From: Octopus bimaculoides
Lineage: Eukaryota
DNA length: 64,000 bases
NCBI RefSeq assembly: GCF_001194135.2
Contig: NC_068990.1
Location: 81,036,684 to 81,100,683 of the forward strand
Direction of reading: 5' to 3'
Below are positions 1 to 14,425 of this stretch, piece by piece (position 1 is the first letter of the stretch; every line of letters begins with the position of its first letter). The position numbers were made by a program, and so were the translations under genes. Under the pieces are notes generated by a model. That model saw only the letters and a list, made by a program, of their open reading frames with translations. It did no database searches and was not told the DNA's origin.

Positions 1-34
<34 letters not shown>

Positions 35-1479
35 TGTACGCCCATGTGCACACACACAAACACACACGCACTCGCGCGCGCACGCATACGCATGCGCACG
101 CACACACTCGCGCACGCACACACTCGCGCACACATACATATATACGCACATGATAGATAGATAGATAGATATGCAAGGGAGAGAGGAAGAGAGTAACAGA
201 TACATATACATATTTATAATTATCCCTTACCAGTTTTCTTTGCACGTGAGACATTGTTACAAAAATACAAATACATTTTCGCCATTAATATGTGTCGATA
301 TATCTCGTTAATACCTGGTAGTTAGAATAGGTATGTATGATTTGTCTGTCTAAATGTGTATATGCATATATATATTCAGTTGTATAACATCTATTTATGA
401 ATACGTGTATTCCGCTTTATGTGTCGGCGTTTTCTTAAATATCTAGTTTTGATTCTTTTTTACTTGGGCTCAATTATAGCGATCAGTGTCTACGATTGTT
501 TTTCTAGCAATATTCGATTATAGAAACACTATAATAAGCTATTAACATATAGTCATGTAAACACACACGGAAGAACACACACTCATTCATGCTTGCCCAC
601 ATATTCACACGTATAATCCCTCACCCCTCAGTCTCTCTCACACACATATAAACACACACTCTCATACGCATATATCTATCTATATACTGTGTGTGAAGTT
701 ACATTGCCAAACTATCTCGCAAATACGAAAGAAATATTTGCGAAGAACTCGATAAATGTGAGATGAATTCATCTTTAGACCAATATTATCCTGAGATACA
801 ACGATGGTTAAAATTAAAGGATTTACAAAATATAAATGTAATGCATAAAAGGAAAAATACAGATATATATGAAATATATTTTTCGGGATACAAACCCTTA
901 TTTCTAAAATTCACAGTAGTAAGGTAACGACTGTGGTGCCTTTATCAGTGGATGGCAAACAGAAAACACTGATTTTAGAAATTAGTGAGGAACGCTTTGC
1001 ATTCTATTTTAAAATACTACAAAAATCAGCATTGCTTTTTATCATTCAATGTCCATAAAAACTGTATCATTACCTAGCCAATTTCTATGCTTACATTAAT
1101 CGAAGAAAAGTCAGGAATTTGAAACCTGTTGGCACACCGATATTTTCTTCAGCATCGTTCTGGAATCATCTGTATCGGTTCTTTTAATTGCTTTGGACAA
1201 AATTGGTGGAAGGGAAATGAATCAAACGTTTGCTTTATGTGCAACTAATGCAGACGTTTACAAAATGTTGCTCGGTTCTGGACCTTAGAGATGAAGCTCT
1301 AGAATCGCTCCGGATGGATTTACAAATAAAAACCAAAACCAAACTTTCCAGATACAGTTTCAAGGTTTCACGACACTGGATTTTCCAGGATTTTTAGTCA
1401 AAGCAGCTCTCTAAAATTCAGTCGACCACAGCAAAGAAAGAGGAACGATTGGGTGTTTACTATCTGATAGTAAAAAAGA

Positions 1480-2245
1480 CAAAATCATTTCTCATTATTA
1501 GCAAATTCCAGCAAAATGTAAACAGAAGCATGATTTAGTGAATCAAGGGCCATCACCCCAGACAGGCTCCAGGAAAATTGTCACAGCAACCTGTTATCCA
1601 GCAGCAAACCATCTCTCATCGAATGTCAGCGGTTGATGCTGTTTAGAGAGAAGCAGGTGTTAAGTGTTTAATGAGTAATCAAACAGGCTTTTCGATAATG
1701 AGAGCGAGTTTTGTTTTTCATTCGAAGGTCAAAGTTGCGGCGTTTTGAGGGAGGTTAAATAGGCACACAACACCAATGGTTTGAATTCCTATATCAAATT
1801 CCGAATTCAGAGATGATTTACGGGACCAACTTTTATCAGGTTGTAGGACTGTTGCATTCTTTCATCATTGCAGTGTACACAGCGTATTCAAAGACATCGT
1901 GAACTTCGTTTCCATCGACCAGTATAATATTTGGTGATGCGAAATTTCTTCTTCAGCATGTTTTGAAACCTTCACTCAGATACAAAACAACCACTGCCTG
2001 GTTTGCAGCTCATCACAATGTAACAGTTTTGTCAGGATCTTTTCCTGACCAAAGAAAACATGCTCAATCGCACAATGGCAACCTCCTCTTTGCTTCGCTC
2101 CAAGAACTCAAGCGGAGTTGAAGGCTGCTGCTCTCTAGACCACTTGAATGTCTAGCATACCCGAGCACTGCCATAGCTTGATTTCCTCCGCGCAAAAAAA
2201 TATTCAGTTATTGAAGTGAAAGAACTTCCCGGTAAAAAGCGAAGT
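1480..2245 (+). pseudogene. Decayed Tc1-family (DD34E) transposase
   Basis: Manual translation across frameshifts and stops gives KPSLIECQRL...DNESEFCFSFEGQ...GDAKFLLQHVLKPSLRYKTTTAWFAAHHNVTVL...AELKAA...IPEHCHSLISS. This is collinear with Tc1 motifs KPLL..QR.KRL / FSDESKFC / YGDADF.FQQD.AP.H..KTT..WF..H.ITVL.W / ELKAAI..TW..I.P..C..LI.SM. TIRs not found. Confidence 0.75.
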
Positions 2246-2639
2246 GGCATTCCATACTCACCTCTTATTTATTAACACCTTTCTCTACTTTAACCGATAG
2301 TTTATGACTATTTAGTTATTTTACATCAAGTTTTTAATGTCCCTTATATAGAATGTATAAGTCTGAACTTACGTCTACAAAATTCAGACATTAGATCAAT
2401 TTACATTTTGGCGAGATTACTACAACTAAATTTTAACTTTCTGTCTTAACTGATTATAAATATTCATTCTTTACATAACATTTAATTGTCTAAGAAGTTC
2501 AGTATTATACGTGTAGAGTTAAAACGAAAAGATGCTTCAAGCTGAAACCATATTTAAGTAAATACATGGGATACAGAATAATTCTTTATTTGTTGTTTCA
2601 GTATGTAGCGTGATATTATTTTCAAGTATCTCTTCGTAG

Positions 2640-2640
<1 letters not shown>

Positions 2641-2672
<32 letters not shown>

Positions 2673-2718
2673 TGTATGTATGTATGGATGGATGGATGTA
2701 TGTATGTATGTATATGTG

Positions 2719-2803
<85 letters not shown>

Positions 2804-3015
2804 CTGTGTCTACGTGTATGTGTCCGTGTATGTGTGTGATTTGTAATTATGTGTATAACTTGTATCCGTCACATATACTTGCATATGTACATGTACATAT
2901 ATATGAACAAATTATATATGCGTGTGTTTGTGAGTGTGTGTGTGTGTGTGTGCACGCGCGTGTGTGTGGGTGTGTCTGTGTGTGTCTCTGTGTGTGGGTG
3001 TGTCTGTGTGTGTTT

Positions 3016-3096
<81 letters not shown>

Positions 3097-3110
3097 TACA
3101 TAAGCACGCA
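2641..3110. repeat. Compound microsatellite (TATG)n-(TA)n-(TG)n
   Basis: Directly visible; source of the spurious [12 protein letters not shown] ORFs. Confidence 0.97.
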
Positions 3111-4234
3111 CACACAAAAATGCACACATACATTAAACATACACACATACGTTCAGAAACAGTGCGTACGTGTGTTCACACACTAGCGCGAATAGAGAGC
3201 AGCCAAAACAAGAAAGGAAAAATCTCTCTTTCAGTCGTTGTTTATGTTACCCCCTACAGCGGTAGAAATATTGACTTAATTCTTACGACAGTTTCGACTG
3301 GTCCTTCATCAATAATAAAGAAAGCAGCGGATATTTGTAGCGTTAGCTTTTGTCTGTTATGTGCTAGCCTTCGAACGAAGTTATCTCAATGGAGACAAAC
3401 CAATTTATAGAATCAGTTATAAAAACTTAGAAATATTTATCTATTTCCACTTTGCAAGCCGAAAAATAATTGAACAGCATGCTAATTTATGTTACGTTTT
3501 TTTTTTTCATATTGCTCATGAATGTATATATATATATATNNNNNNNNNNNNNNNNNNNNNNNNNNNNNNNNNNNNNNNNNNNNNNNNNNNNNNNNNNNNN
3601 NNNNNNNNNNNNNNNNNNNNNNNNNNNNNNNNNNNNNNNNNNNNNNNNNNNNNNNNNNNNNNNNNNNNNNNNNNNNNNNNNNNNNNNNNNNNNNNNNNNN
3701 NNNNNNNNNNNNNNNNNNNNNNNNNNNNNNNNNNNNNNNNNNNNNNNNNNNNNNNNNNNNNNNNNNNNNNNNNNNNNNNNNNNNNNNNNNNNNNNNNNNN
3801 NNNNNNNNNNNNNNNNNNNNNNNNNNNNNNNNNNNNNNNNNNNNNNNNNNNNNNNNNNNNNNNNNNNNNNNNNNNNNNNNNNNNNNNNNNNNNNNNNNNN
3901 NNNNNNNNNNNNNNNNNNNNNNNNNNNNNNNNNNNNNNNNNNNNNNNNNNNNNNNNNNNNNNNNNNNNNNNNNNNNNNNNNNNNNNNNNNNNNNNNNNNN
4001 NNNNNNNNNNNNNNNNNNNNNNNNNNNNNNNNNNNNNNNNNNNNNNNNNNNNNNNNNNNNNNNNNNNNNNNNNNNNNNNNNNNNNNNNNNNNNNNNNNNN
4101 NNNNNNNNNNNNNNNNNNNNNNNNNNNNNNNNNNNNNNNNNNNNNNNNNNNNNNNNNNNNNNNNNNNNNNNNNNNNNNNNNNNNNNNNNNNNNNNNNNNN
4201 NNNNNNNNNNNNNNNNNNNNNNNNNNNNNNNNNN

Positions 4235-5076
4235 ATGCGTAGTGTTTGTTTTTGATTTTGTTTACTATACAGAAAGAAAGTAGAGTCAGTTGGGTACTGT
4301 CTGTGAGAAACATAACACCATGCCAGAAACATAACACCATTCACCATACCAGAAACATGACACAATTCACTATGCCAGAAATTTGGAAACGACATGCTGT
4401 ACTGCTTGGCATTCGCGCCGGAAACTCCAATACAAACATTTCAGAGTGTTTGGGTGTCAATCTCAGGACAGGGTACGTACAACAATGATAAAAATCAAGC
4501 ATCCATCCAACATGATGGTGTTTGGACTCATCACTAGTGATGGCGACGTTATGCTTTCATTCATCTTCCCATACGGCCTCAGAATCAGCACGGAGGCTTA
4601 CATCAAGTGCACGGAGAAGGTAGTGCTGAGATGAGTCAAGAGGGTGTCTTATGAAAGTCTCTATGTCTGGCAACAGGACACCGCACCATTCCACACAATC
4701 AGGAGGACTCAGTCATGGCTGTCAGACAATTTCTGCGACCACATCACCCCTACCATTTCCTCCAGGTTGCAACACCCTTCATTATTATGTGTGGGGCAAA
4801 GTTGAGCGAGAGACCAACGCCAAAGATGAACTGATGGTAAGGATTATAGCAGTATTATTCAACTTAAACAACGAGACCGTCCTGAAGAGTTGCAGGAGAT
4901 TCCGAGGTCGTCCGGAGACCGTGGTTGAAGGCAATGGTGATTTTATTGAATAAATTTACTCTTTAGCATTTCAAGATATTTCTATATAATTTTGGTAAAT
5001 ATATCTGTTAAAAGAAGTTGTCGGCGTTATTTTAACTTTTGCGTAATATAGACGACAGTTTATTCACCGCACTCTG

Positions 5077-5078
<2 letters not shown>
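4235..5078 (+). mobile_element. Internally deleted Tc1/mariner element of DD37D (maT-like) type with right terminus
   Basis: Translation KHPSNMMVFGLITSDGDVMLSFIF...YIKCTEKVVLR...YVWQQDTAPFHT..RTQSWLSDNF...HYYVWGKVERETN...VVEGNGDFIE* (ends 4953). N-terminal piece MPEIWKRHAVLLGIRAG is fused directly to the catalytic region. Right end ...TTTATTCACCGCACTCTG|TA. Left end lost in the N-gap. Confidence 0.8.
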
Positions 5079-5139
<61 letters not shown>

Positions 5140-5591
5140 GCATATACATACATAAGCAGAATAACATAAAAGAGGAGGGCTTCCAACAATAAAAAAGAGA
5201 AAATAAGAATATTTTATATATGTAAGGCATAAAGCCCCCTCATCAGATGTATATCATTCATAAATGTGAATATATGCAGATCGTGTTTGTTCAGTAATCT
5301 AAACGGCAGGATCTAAATAAACCCACATTTCTAAACCATATTCTTTTGATGATCGGCTTTTGTGCCTGAAATACACGAAGGCTGCTCGAGTATACTTGTA
5401 TCATTGTTAGAGCTTCTCGTTTTTTTTTTCTCTTATTGCTTTTGTATCACAATACTTTAAGTAAATTACATTGCTTGCAGCATATACTCCTACACACACA
5501 CATACACACACACGCACACACACATACACACTCACTCACTCACACACACGCACACACATATATATATATGCATATATATATATACATACAC

Positions 5592-5629
<38 letters not shown>

Positions 5630-5901
5630 ATACAGGAGCGAAATGTACAGCTTATGACGTATCATGTAACCTGTTGAGGTTTCTTCTGCGCTATGGGGTG
5701 AATTCAATTCCACCCACCAGGGCGCAGTGCAGAGACATAAGCCGAAACGATCGTCGTGCTAATTAAAGCTTATAGTACATTCTGTGATCTCTATCAATTA
5801 TTAAAAATATAAATGAATGAATATATATATGTATATATTGACTAAATGAAGGGAGAGAGTAATTGACAAACAATAGGTATACATACACATACTCACACAC
5901 A

Positions 5902-5933
<32 letters not shown>

Positions 5934-6484
5934 NNNNNNNNNNNNNNNNNNNNNNNNNNNNNNNNNNNNNNNNNNNNNNNNNNNNNNNNNNNNNNNNNNN
6001 NNNNNNNNNNNNNNNNNNNNNNNNNNNNNNNNNNNNNNNNNNNNNNNNNNNNNNNNNNNNNNNNNNNNNNNNNNNNNNNNNNNNNNNNNNNNNNNNNNNN
6101 NNNNNNNNNNNNNNNNNNNNNNNNNNNNNNNNNNNNNNNNNNNNNNNNNNNNNNNNNNNNNNNNNNNNNNNNNNNNNNNNNNNNNNNNNNNNNNNNNNNN
6201 NNNNNNNNNNNNNNNNNNNNNNNNNNNNNNNNNNNNNNNNNNNNNNNNNNNNNNNNNNNNNNNNNNNNNNNNNNNNNNNNNNNNNNNNNNNNNNNNNNNN
6301 NNNNNNNNNNNNNNNNNNNNNNNNNNNNNNNNNNNNNNNNNNNNNNNNNNNNNNNNNNNNNNNNNNNNNNNNNNNNNNNNNNNNNNNNNNNNNNNNNNNN
6401 NNNNNNNNNNNNNNNNNNNNNNNNNNNNNNNNNNNNNNNNNNNNNNNNNNNNNNNNNNNNNNNNNNNNNNNNNNNNNNNNNNNN

Positions 6485-6539
<55 letters not shown>

Positions 6540-6987
6540 CATACACACACACATATACACAAACTAGAGTATAGACAAACGTACCTACCTACCTACCTAC
6601 ATACATACATACATACATACATATTTGGTTCCCTGTCGGTAACGACGAGGGACAATTCAGTTGCTCGAGCAAACGAATTACCATATAATTGAATTAGTGT
6701 GTAAGTCACTGAGCATTCCAATGTCACGTAACTCTCAGATAGAACGAGGGTTCACAGAGCGTGATAATGGTGTTTCTTCGAATTACAGAATTTACAGAGA
6801 GAGTCAATTCGACGGGTTTCCATACACATTTACTTCTACCATATTTTATTCAGAAGGAATGCGTGTGGAGAAAATGACATTTGCCAAATATGTCACTCAG
6901 AAGGAGCGAACCTTGAACCACGCTTTTGCGATGCGAACATCTTATTCATTCGACCATTCTGCTTTAAACACACACACTCCCTCTCTC

Positions 6988-7043
<56 letters not shown>

Positions 7044-7763
7044 NNNNNNNNNNNNNNNNNNNNNNNNNNNNNNNNNNNNNNNNNNNNNNNNNNNNNNNNN
7101 NNNNNNNNNNNNNNNNNNNNNNNNNNNNNNNNNNNNNNNNNNNNNNNNNNNNNNNNNNNNNNNNNNNNNNNNNNNNNNNNNNNNNNNNNNNNNNNNNNNN
7201 NNNNNNNNNNNNNNNNNNNNNNNNNNNNNNNNNNNNNNNNNNNNNNNNNNNNNNNNNNNNNNNNNNNNNNNNNNNNNNNNNNNNNNNNNNNNNNNNNNNN
7301 NNNNNNNNNNNNNNNNNNNNNNNNNNNNNNNNNNNNNNNNNNNNNNNNNNNNNNNNNNNNNNNNNNNNNNNNNNNNNNNNNNNNNNNNNNNNNNNNNNNN
7401 NNNNNNNNNNNNNNNNNNNNNNNNNNNNNNNNNNNNNNNNNNNNNNNNNNNNNNNNNNNNNNNNNNNNNNNNNNNNNNNNNNNNNNNNNNNNNNNNNNNN
7501 NNNNNNNNNNNNNNNNNNNNNNNNNNNNNNNNNNNNNNNNNNNNNNNNNNNNNNNNNNNNNNNNNNNNNNNNNNNNNNNNNNNNNNNNNNNNNNNNNNNN
7601 NNNNNNNNNNNNNNNNNNNNNNNNNNNNNNNNNNNNNNNNNNNNNNNNNNNNNNNNNNNNNNNNNNNNNNNNNNNNNNNNNNNNNNNNNNNNNNNNNNNN
7701 NNNNNNNNNNNNNNNNNNNNNNNNNNNNNNNNNNNNNNNNNNNNNNNNNNNNNNNNNNNNNNN

Positions 7764-7802
<39 letters not shown>

Positions 7803-7834
7803 ATATACATTCTAAACAGTGTAGACTTAACGAC

Positions 7835-8300
7835 GGAACTTGAGACGGTCTAAAGAAGACTGGCTTCACAAACAAGACCGGCTTAACGCGACATATCAGC
7901 TACTGGGAGAGACTCTCAAGAACGAAGGAGGGAGAGATATGCAGTAATATGCATCTGGAAAATGCTAGAACTTGTACTAAACTGTGGCACTGTCAGCGAC
8001 ACAAAAAGCAGGACGGGGCGCCACTGTATAGTACCAAATATCCCAACATTGCCATCAGGATACAAGACCAATTGCTGCAACAGCTTGAGCTTCAAGAGCC
8101 CACAGATCTTCAATATCCCCCTACAAAACCTGAGAGACCTGCATGTCGTGGATGTGTGTGTTTTCAAAACAAAAATAGATATCCTTCTGTTAGGAGCTTC
8201 GGATGAACCTACCTCAAGGCAAGAAACACAGGCGAGAGCAGCAACGTTAAATTCCCAAATACACCAAATGTCAAACATCAGAGGAGGTTTAGTGAAAGCA
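7835..8300 (+). mobile_element. 3' ORF2 fragment of an APE-type LINE (CR1/L2/Jockey group)
   Basis: HISYWERL...ERRRERYAVICIWKMLE...RTGRHCIVPNIP...NSLSFKSPQIFNIPLQNLRDL...VFKTKIDILL..DEPT matches the conserved post-RT C-terminus (SYWERL..L.L.SLERRRERY.II..WKIL; F..P.LFN.LP..LR; FK.KLD..L..VPDEP). Confidence 0.7.
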
Positions 8301-8540
8301 AACGGCGGTGTTCCAGCATGGCTGCAGTCCTCAGACTTAAACTGGGAATTGATCATGTTCTTCAACATTACCACCATGTGTGGCTCTCACATGAGTAATA
8401 ATCTTTCGGAGGCATTGCAGTGAATGTCATACGACCGCACAATTTTTCCACAGATATAAATACATACTCTCACTCTCACACAAACACTCACACACTCACA
8501 TACACATGCACATACACAAAAATATATATGTATATATATA

Positions 8541-8610
<70 letters not shown>

Positions 8611-8733
8611 TGTGTGTGTATGTGTGTGTGTTTGTGTGTTTGTGTGTGTGTGTGTTTTGTTTAGTATGTGTGTAAGAGCAAATTGAGAGAAGTAAAAAGT
8701 GACATATACAAGCATATCTTTTGACAAGCAAGC

Positions 8734-8734
<1 letters not shown>

Positions 8735-8803
<69 letters not shown>
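8735..8803. repeat. (GATA)n microsatellite
   Basis: Directly visible. Confidence 0.97.
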
Positions 8804-8805
<2 letters not shown>

Positions 8806-9967
8806 TAGATTAGAATAATTCATTATATTGTGTTGAATACGTTATCAGCTGATACGTTGAAACTTAGCAAAAATGTAAATATATACGAAAGCTATATCAA
8901 GAGAAAAGAAATTGCTGAAGGCGTAATTGAAAAAGACATGACATGAAGACCTGTTAGCGAAAACGGCGTATGTGAACAACTATATGGCGGCTGGTCAAAG
9001 AAAAGGCGTCTGTTTACTATAATGGAAATGGCTGAAAACATGACATTATTTTAACAAAAGCTGCAGCAAGTACAGCTCGCCAAGATAATATAAATGTTTT
9101 GTTTTGTCTACTCACATATAGATACTGTTAATTAGTCGCAAGAGGAAGGACTGCGCATGTGAGCTGTGTAGACGTTACTGGTGAGATTACTGCTGTTTGT
9201 GCAAGAAGGCGACTGTAGATATGATTGTTATGAGGGTAGAAATGACTTTATTAGTGCTACGAAATTGTGGAATAATATTTGGATAAATTTATTAATGTGC
9301 AGTCTGAAAGTTAAAACATTGGAGGAATGATGTAACAGAAAGACAACTAGTAAGTCGAGTGAAGGTTATATATAAATTGTTAGTTCTAGTTCTCAAGAGA
9401 AAATACCATTTTCGTAGAAGTAAAGAGCTCAGACAAGAAATTCTACATGTTTCCTCTGCGGATTGTAATTTTTGGTGAGGGTGATACTGTCTCAAGAACA
9501 AAATGTTTCGTCTCACAGATACATTCTAGAATATCATCTTTCTAAGTGGTGGCAACAGATTTTTCTATACACGGCCATCAATAAAGTCTGGATAACACAT
9601 CAAGTTTACAAAGATTGGATCACAGTGAAGGTTTAAGTGGTGCCTCATTGTTGTGTTGGTAAGGTGTATTTCTTATTTGCTTCCATGACAGAGTAGCGAT
9701 TATGTATTAATGCTATTATTTGTTAACGCTATATCCGTTCTCATATCGGAGTAGTAGTACATGTTAATCAGAACGAGTGAGATAAATTGCGAATGAAGAA
9801 AGTGTGGATAAAATATTTCAACCAACTTCATATAATACATTTCAAACACGTTTTCCAAGGAATCCTTGTAAGGGTGAGTCTATAGGTTAGTCATTGTTTT
9901 CTCAGATAAGCAGAATAATGATCGATGATGTGTTAATGTCTAGCATAATTTCACTCTATAAGTCCTT

Positions 9968-10185
9968 AAGGTGACGAAGTGGCAGGACCGTTATCACGAC
10001 GGACAAAATGCTTAGCAGCATTTCGTCCATCTTTACGTTCTGAGCTTAAATTCCGCCGAGGCTGGATTTGCCTTTCATCCTTTCGGAGTCGGCAAAAGAA
10101 GTATCAGTCAAGTACTGATGTCGATATAATCGACTACACTCTCTCCTCAAAAGCTGCTGCCTTTGTGCCAAATTTTGAAACCTCA
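9968..10185 (+). mobile_element. tRNA-derived SINE, family A (diverged copy)
   Basis: A-box-like TGGCAGGACCGTT, B-box-like GAGCTTAAATTCC, then GCCTTTCATCCTTTCGGAGTCG core; homologous to copies at about 25.0, 47.2, 48.0-48.4, 56.9 and 63.9 kb. Confidence 0.8.
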
Positions 10186-10617
10186 CCTTTAATAATTCCT
10201 ATAAAAATGTAATCTAAAAACACTATTGTTCTATATTTTAGAGACGTGGTGCCCTGGTAGAATTTTTAACTCAACCCTGGGTTCTCATTCCTAAGGTATT
10301 TTGGGGGGGTTTCAATGTAAATAATGTAAATAATGGCAGGGAAAAACAAGGACGGGACATTCGGCGCTTTCAATCTTCAGTCGAGAAACAGATCGTCCTT
10401 GCAGTTTCGGCCGGTTAATCTCATGACTGCTCTAATCTGGCTGGCCCCAAGGAAATCTAAGATAAGAGCACAAAATTCTTAGAAAGAAAGCAAGCGAATG
10501 TATACGAAAACAATGACGAAAAGAAAAAAAAACGGAGAAATGGTACATATATATATATATATATATGGTACATATATATATATATAAATGGTACATATAT
10601 ATATATATATATATATA

Positions 10618-10709
<92 letters not shown>

Positions 10710-10910
10710 TGTGTTTATCATCCACTATCGCTTGAAAATTCGTTATTGGTGTGTTTATGTCCCGGTAACTTAGCGATTCGGCAAAGAGAGCGATAGAATA
10801 AATAGCAGGCTTTCAAAAACGTCCTGGGGTCGACTTGTTCGACCAAAGCCCTTCAGGATGGTGCACCAGCGTGGCCGCAGTCAAATGGCCGAAACAAATA
10901 AAAGGTAAAA
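10710..10910 (+). mobile_element. Probable SINE 3' portion (third family)
   Basis: GTAACTTAGCGATTCGGCAAA...GATAGAATAAATAGCAGG...CCTGGGGTCGAC...GGCCGCAGTCAAATG resembles an abundant octopus repeat as I recall it and shares the CTGGGGTCGA motif with family A. Only one copy in the window. Confidence 0.45.
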
Positions 10911-11549
10911 AATAAGATACATATTTGGTTTCCGAAAGTACTCGTACAGGAGAAACTATTTGTTTTTGAGGTCGAATTGCACGTCTCTAGCAAATATGGT
11001 ATGGTCACGTCAGCTTACAGTCGAAGCAAATCTTGTTTATGGTAGACCTAAGATTATTTTTAAAGAGACATAAAAAAAATTGGTAGCAGTAGCAGATTTC
11101 AAATATCACGAGAACTGATTAATATTTAATATCCTCAACAAGAACACACAATGGTTCAAAGTAACATATTAATTAAAGAAACATATGACGAATTTGTTCA
11201 GAAGATTAAGATTTATAAAATATTTAATGCATTCATTAAAATGGATAACGTTTAAATTGATTCTAACACGATTAAAACTCATAGCAGAAAGATTATAAAA
11301 CTAAATACATTTAAGGATCCATGGTAACGTTTTCTATTTTTATACAATCAAATACCTGAATCAAAATTATTGTGATTTAATTGGACGGAAGGGTAGAGTA
11401 TGGGATAAAGAATGGGTAGTAGAGTACAATATATTACAAGTATAAGGAATAAAGCTTAGCACATAAAGGGTTTTTATTTTTGTTACCAAACCCAAGAACG
11501 TGATGTACAAAGAAATTTGCTGTTAGATTGAAATGCAGAACATGAGCAG

Positions 11550-11633
<84 letters not shown>

Positions 11634-11990
11634 GTTATTATTTATTGTCTTTGCACAGCTTCTAACGCTGGAGATGTACTATGGTACTAGCTGTTCACTA
11701 ACAGTGAACTAAGGCAACACCCCTTATCATCGAGCACCATCCGGAGTATTCGAGCGGTTTCAAACTGTGCTGTTTTCTGCAAGTACTCCACCCTTATTGC
11801 AGCTCCTATTTGTTCCTTGTACTTATCAAGATCTTTACTCACTGTTCCCAGCGCTCCAACAATTACTGGTACTACTAAAACCTTTTTCAGCGACCACAAC
11901 TGCTTAAACTCCCAAGCTAACCTGGCATACCTATCGACTTTGTTACAGTGCATTGTGCAAATGGGGTCTATAACATACTTATGCTTCGGT
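11550..11990 (-). mobile_element. 3' end of an R4/Dong-type RLE non-LTR retrotransposon with (TAA)n tail
   Basis: KVDRYARLAWEFKQLWSLKKVLVVPVIVGALGTVSKDLDKYKEQIG..IRVEYLQKTAQFETARILRMVL is the typical RLE C-terminus (KY..L..E...LW....VVP.V.GALG....LQK.A...TARILR.VL). It is followed by a short 3' UTR and (TAA)n at 11550-11640. Confidence 0.85.
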
Positions 11991-13455
11991 AAAACCATAC
12001 TGGATTTCTTTGTTGCATCCGAGGAAGAGTTAGAAACAAACCTGAGAGATAAAGGAAATAACCTTTACTAGGAAGTGGGTGTATGGTCGAAAGCGTAAGT
12101 CAATTTCATCCAATAGACAGCAGCTTCAAAACTAATCACAATATGATTCAAAAAATGAAAGAACCACTATCAGAAAAATATAACGACCAGTCACTTGCAG
12201 TAAACTTCATGACACAATAAAGATAGATAGACCGTGTAAGCGTTACCTTTATTGATAAGCAAGGATATATGAGTCATTCTCGCAAGACTACAATATATTA
12301 TCACTACTCGAATTTTTAGTACATCGTTCGCTTTACAAATCTTGCGGGTTTTACTTAAATATTAATTTATAGCAAGCTCTCTCTCGCAACCAACGTTGAA
12401 AGAAAAGAAGCTATAAAGGGCATCAAAGAATTCTCTCAACATATGCACACATTTAGCGATTCACACTTTCAGTGCCTATATATATCTAAATGTTAAGGAA
12501 TGATAATATTAGCAATTATCAAAACTACTGACTTACTATATAACATGTGTCCTCCTAATAAATGACTCCCCGAATTGTTATTTTATCTTCTAAGAGAAGA
12601 AAAATTCTTTATTGCAGTATTTTGCTTTTGAGCAAAATATCGGAATTATGAATACATGCTGACTGCCATCAATATTTATTATGAAATTTTCAAATATCTG
12701 CTCGCTAAAATGTCTTATTTGCTCTCAAAGACGGTCCCATGTTATTAAAATGCATTTAGTCATTCAGCTAGACAAAAACTACATTAATAATAGCCATCTT
12801 TCTAGTATTTGTGTGTTTTAAACACACGATAATGAAGCCATGTGGCTTCCATGCAAATACATGAAAAGATCATCTATTCTGCATATGATAATTCAATGAA
12901 TTAATATCCGCCTAATTCTTTCTAAATTTCTTTTCATCCATAAGTCAAATATTGAAGAATGCTCATGTTTTGAATTCTTTTGGAATGTTTCCGTTTCTAT
13001 ATATTATCACGCTACTTTTCTTCTTCGAATGTTTGAATTATCGTTAACGTGGACCTCAAACTAACGATCCAGAAAGCTTCAGATCTTAATACAATATAAT
13101 GGTGTTTGTGATGCCTGGAATATTACCGGACAATTGTGAGGCAAATATCAAAACAAAAAACCCAAGGAATTGACAAAAAAGATTTAAAAAAACACACGAC
13201 CTTGTAAAAATGTGTGTTGAATCATGTACAAGACAAATAGAAGTTTCTGAAAGAAATTCGTAAATGCGAATATCTTGGGACTATAATTTAATGTACCTAT
13301 AGATACGTCAGATGTTAACGCACATAGACTTTGCGTTAATCATATTTCCAACTCTACCATCGTTTTTTCTATAATTCTGTTTTTATTTTACGATGATCTT
13401 TTTAATTTATTTTACAAAATTACCACGAGGAATATAAATGAACATTAATAATAGG

Positions 13456-13488
<33 letters not shown>

Positions 13489-13499
13489 GGTGGTGATGA

Positions 13500-14022
13500 T
13501 GACAGCAACAACTATACCAAATCCCAGAAGGTGCTACTGAGAATGAAGACTCCAAAATCCTGTGAGATGCAATGATTCAGTGGGACCATCAGATTAGACA
13601 TCGGAGACCTGTCATTTTTTTGGTGAACGGAAAAGCAAAAAAAAAAAAAAAAATGCCTGGTAATCGACATAGCATGTTCTGGTGACAACAGGATGGAAGA
13701 GAAGGAAGAACAAAGAGTGAACAAATATGATGAATTGAAGTGGGGAAATACGCAGGTTGTGGGCGATGAAGAGAGTAGACGTGATACCAATAGTGATTGG
13801 TGCACTTGGAAATATCAGCACTCAACTACCAATATGGCTCAAAAAGATTGGTACAGCTCTAAAGATAGAACACCTATAAAATTAACATTGTTTGGAATTG
13901 CAAGAGTTGGCCGTAGGGTTCTTGAAGCATGCTCAGTAAACAAGCATCATCTTAGTCTGCTGGCTGTGGGCAGCTGACACTTTCCATCATACCCAGCAAA
14001 ATAAACTGAGAGCTTTCATCAG

Positions 14023-14083
<61 letters not shown>
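13500..14083 (+). mobile_element. 3' end (RLE domain) of an R4/Dong-type retrotransposon with (TAA)n tail
   Basis: YQIPEGATENEDSKIL*DAMIQWDHQIRHRRP...CLVIDIACSGDNRMEEKEEQRVNKYDELK.EIRRLWAMKRVDVIPIVIGALG..., with frameshifts; (TAA)n at 14023-14083. Confidence 0.85.
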
Positions 14084-14117
<34 letters not shown>

Positions 14118-14343
14118 AAAATACCAGGACTTCCAGGCATCCCTAACATACAGAAAATAGCACAAGGCACCGCACACGTCCTACGTAAAACACTTTCAAT
14201 ACAGTGAAAATATGAGAACTCAACAAACCACTGTACATACCCAAGGTTCACAAATCTCCGCTCCGTAGTGCAGTGATAGCATGTGGTAAAAATAAGACTA
14301 CTGAATAATAATAACGATAATAATAATAATAATAATAATAATG

Positions 14344-14423
<80 letters not shown>
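14118..14423 (+). mobile_element. Extreme 3' end of a different R4/Dong-type family with (TAA)n tail
   Basis: IPGLPGIPNIQKIAQGTAHVLRKTLSIQ* (RLE C-terminus variant), about 100 bp of 3' UTR, then (TAA)n at 14305-14423. Confidence 0.7.
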
Positions 14424-14425
<2 letters not shown>

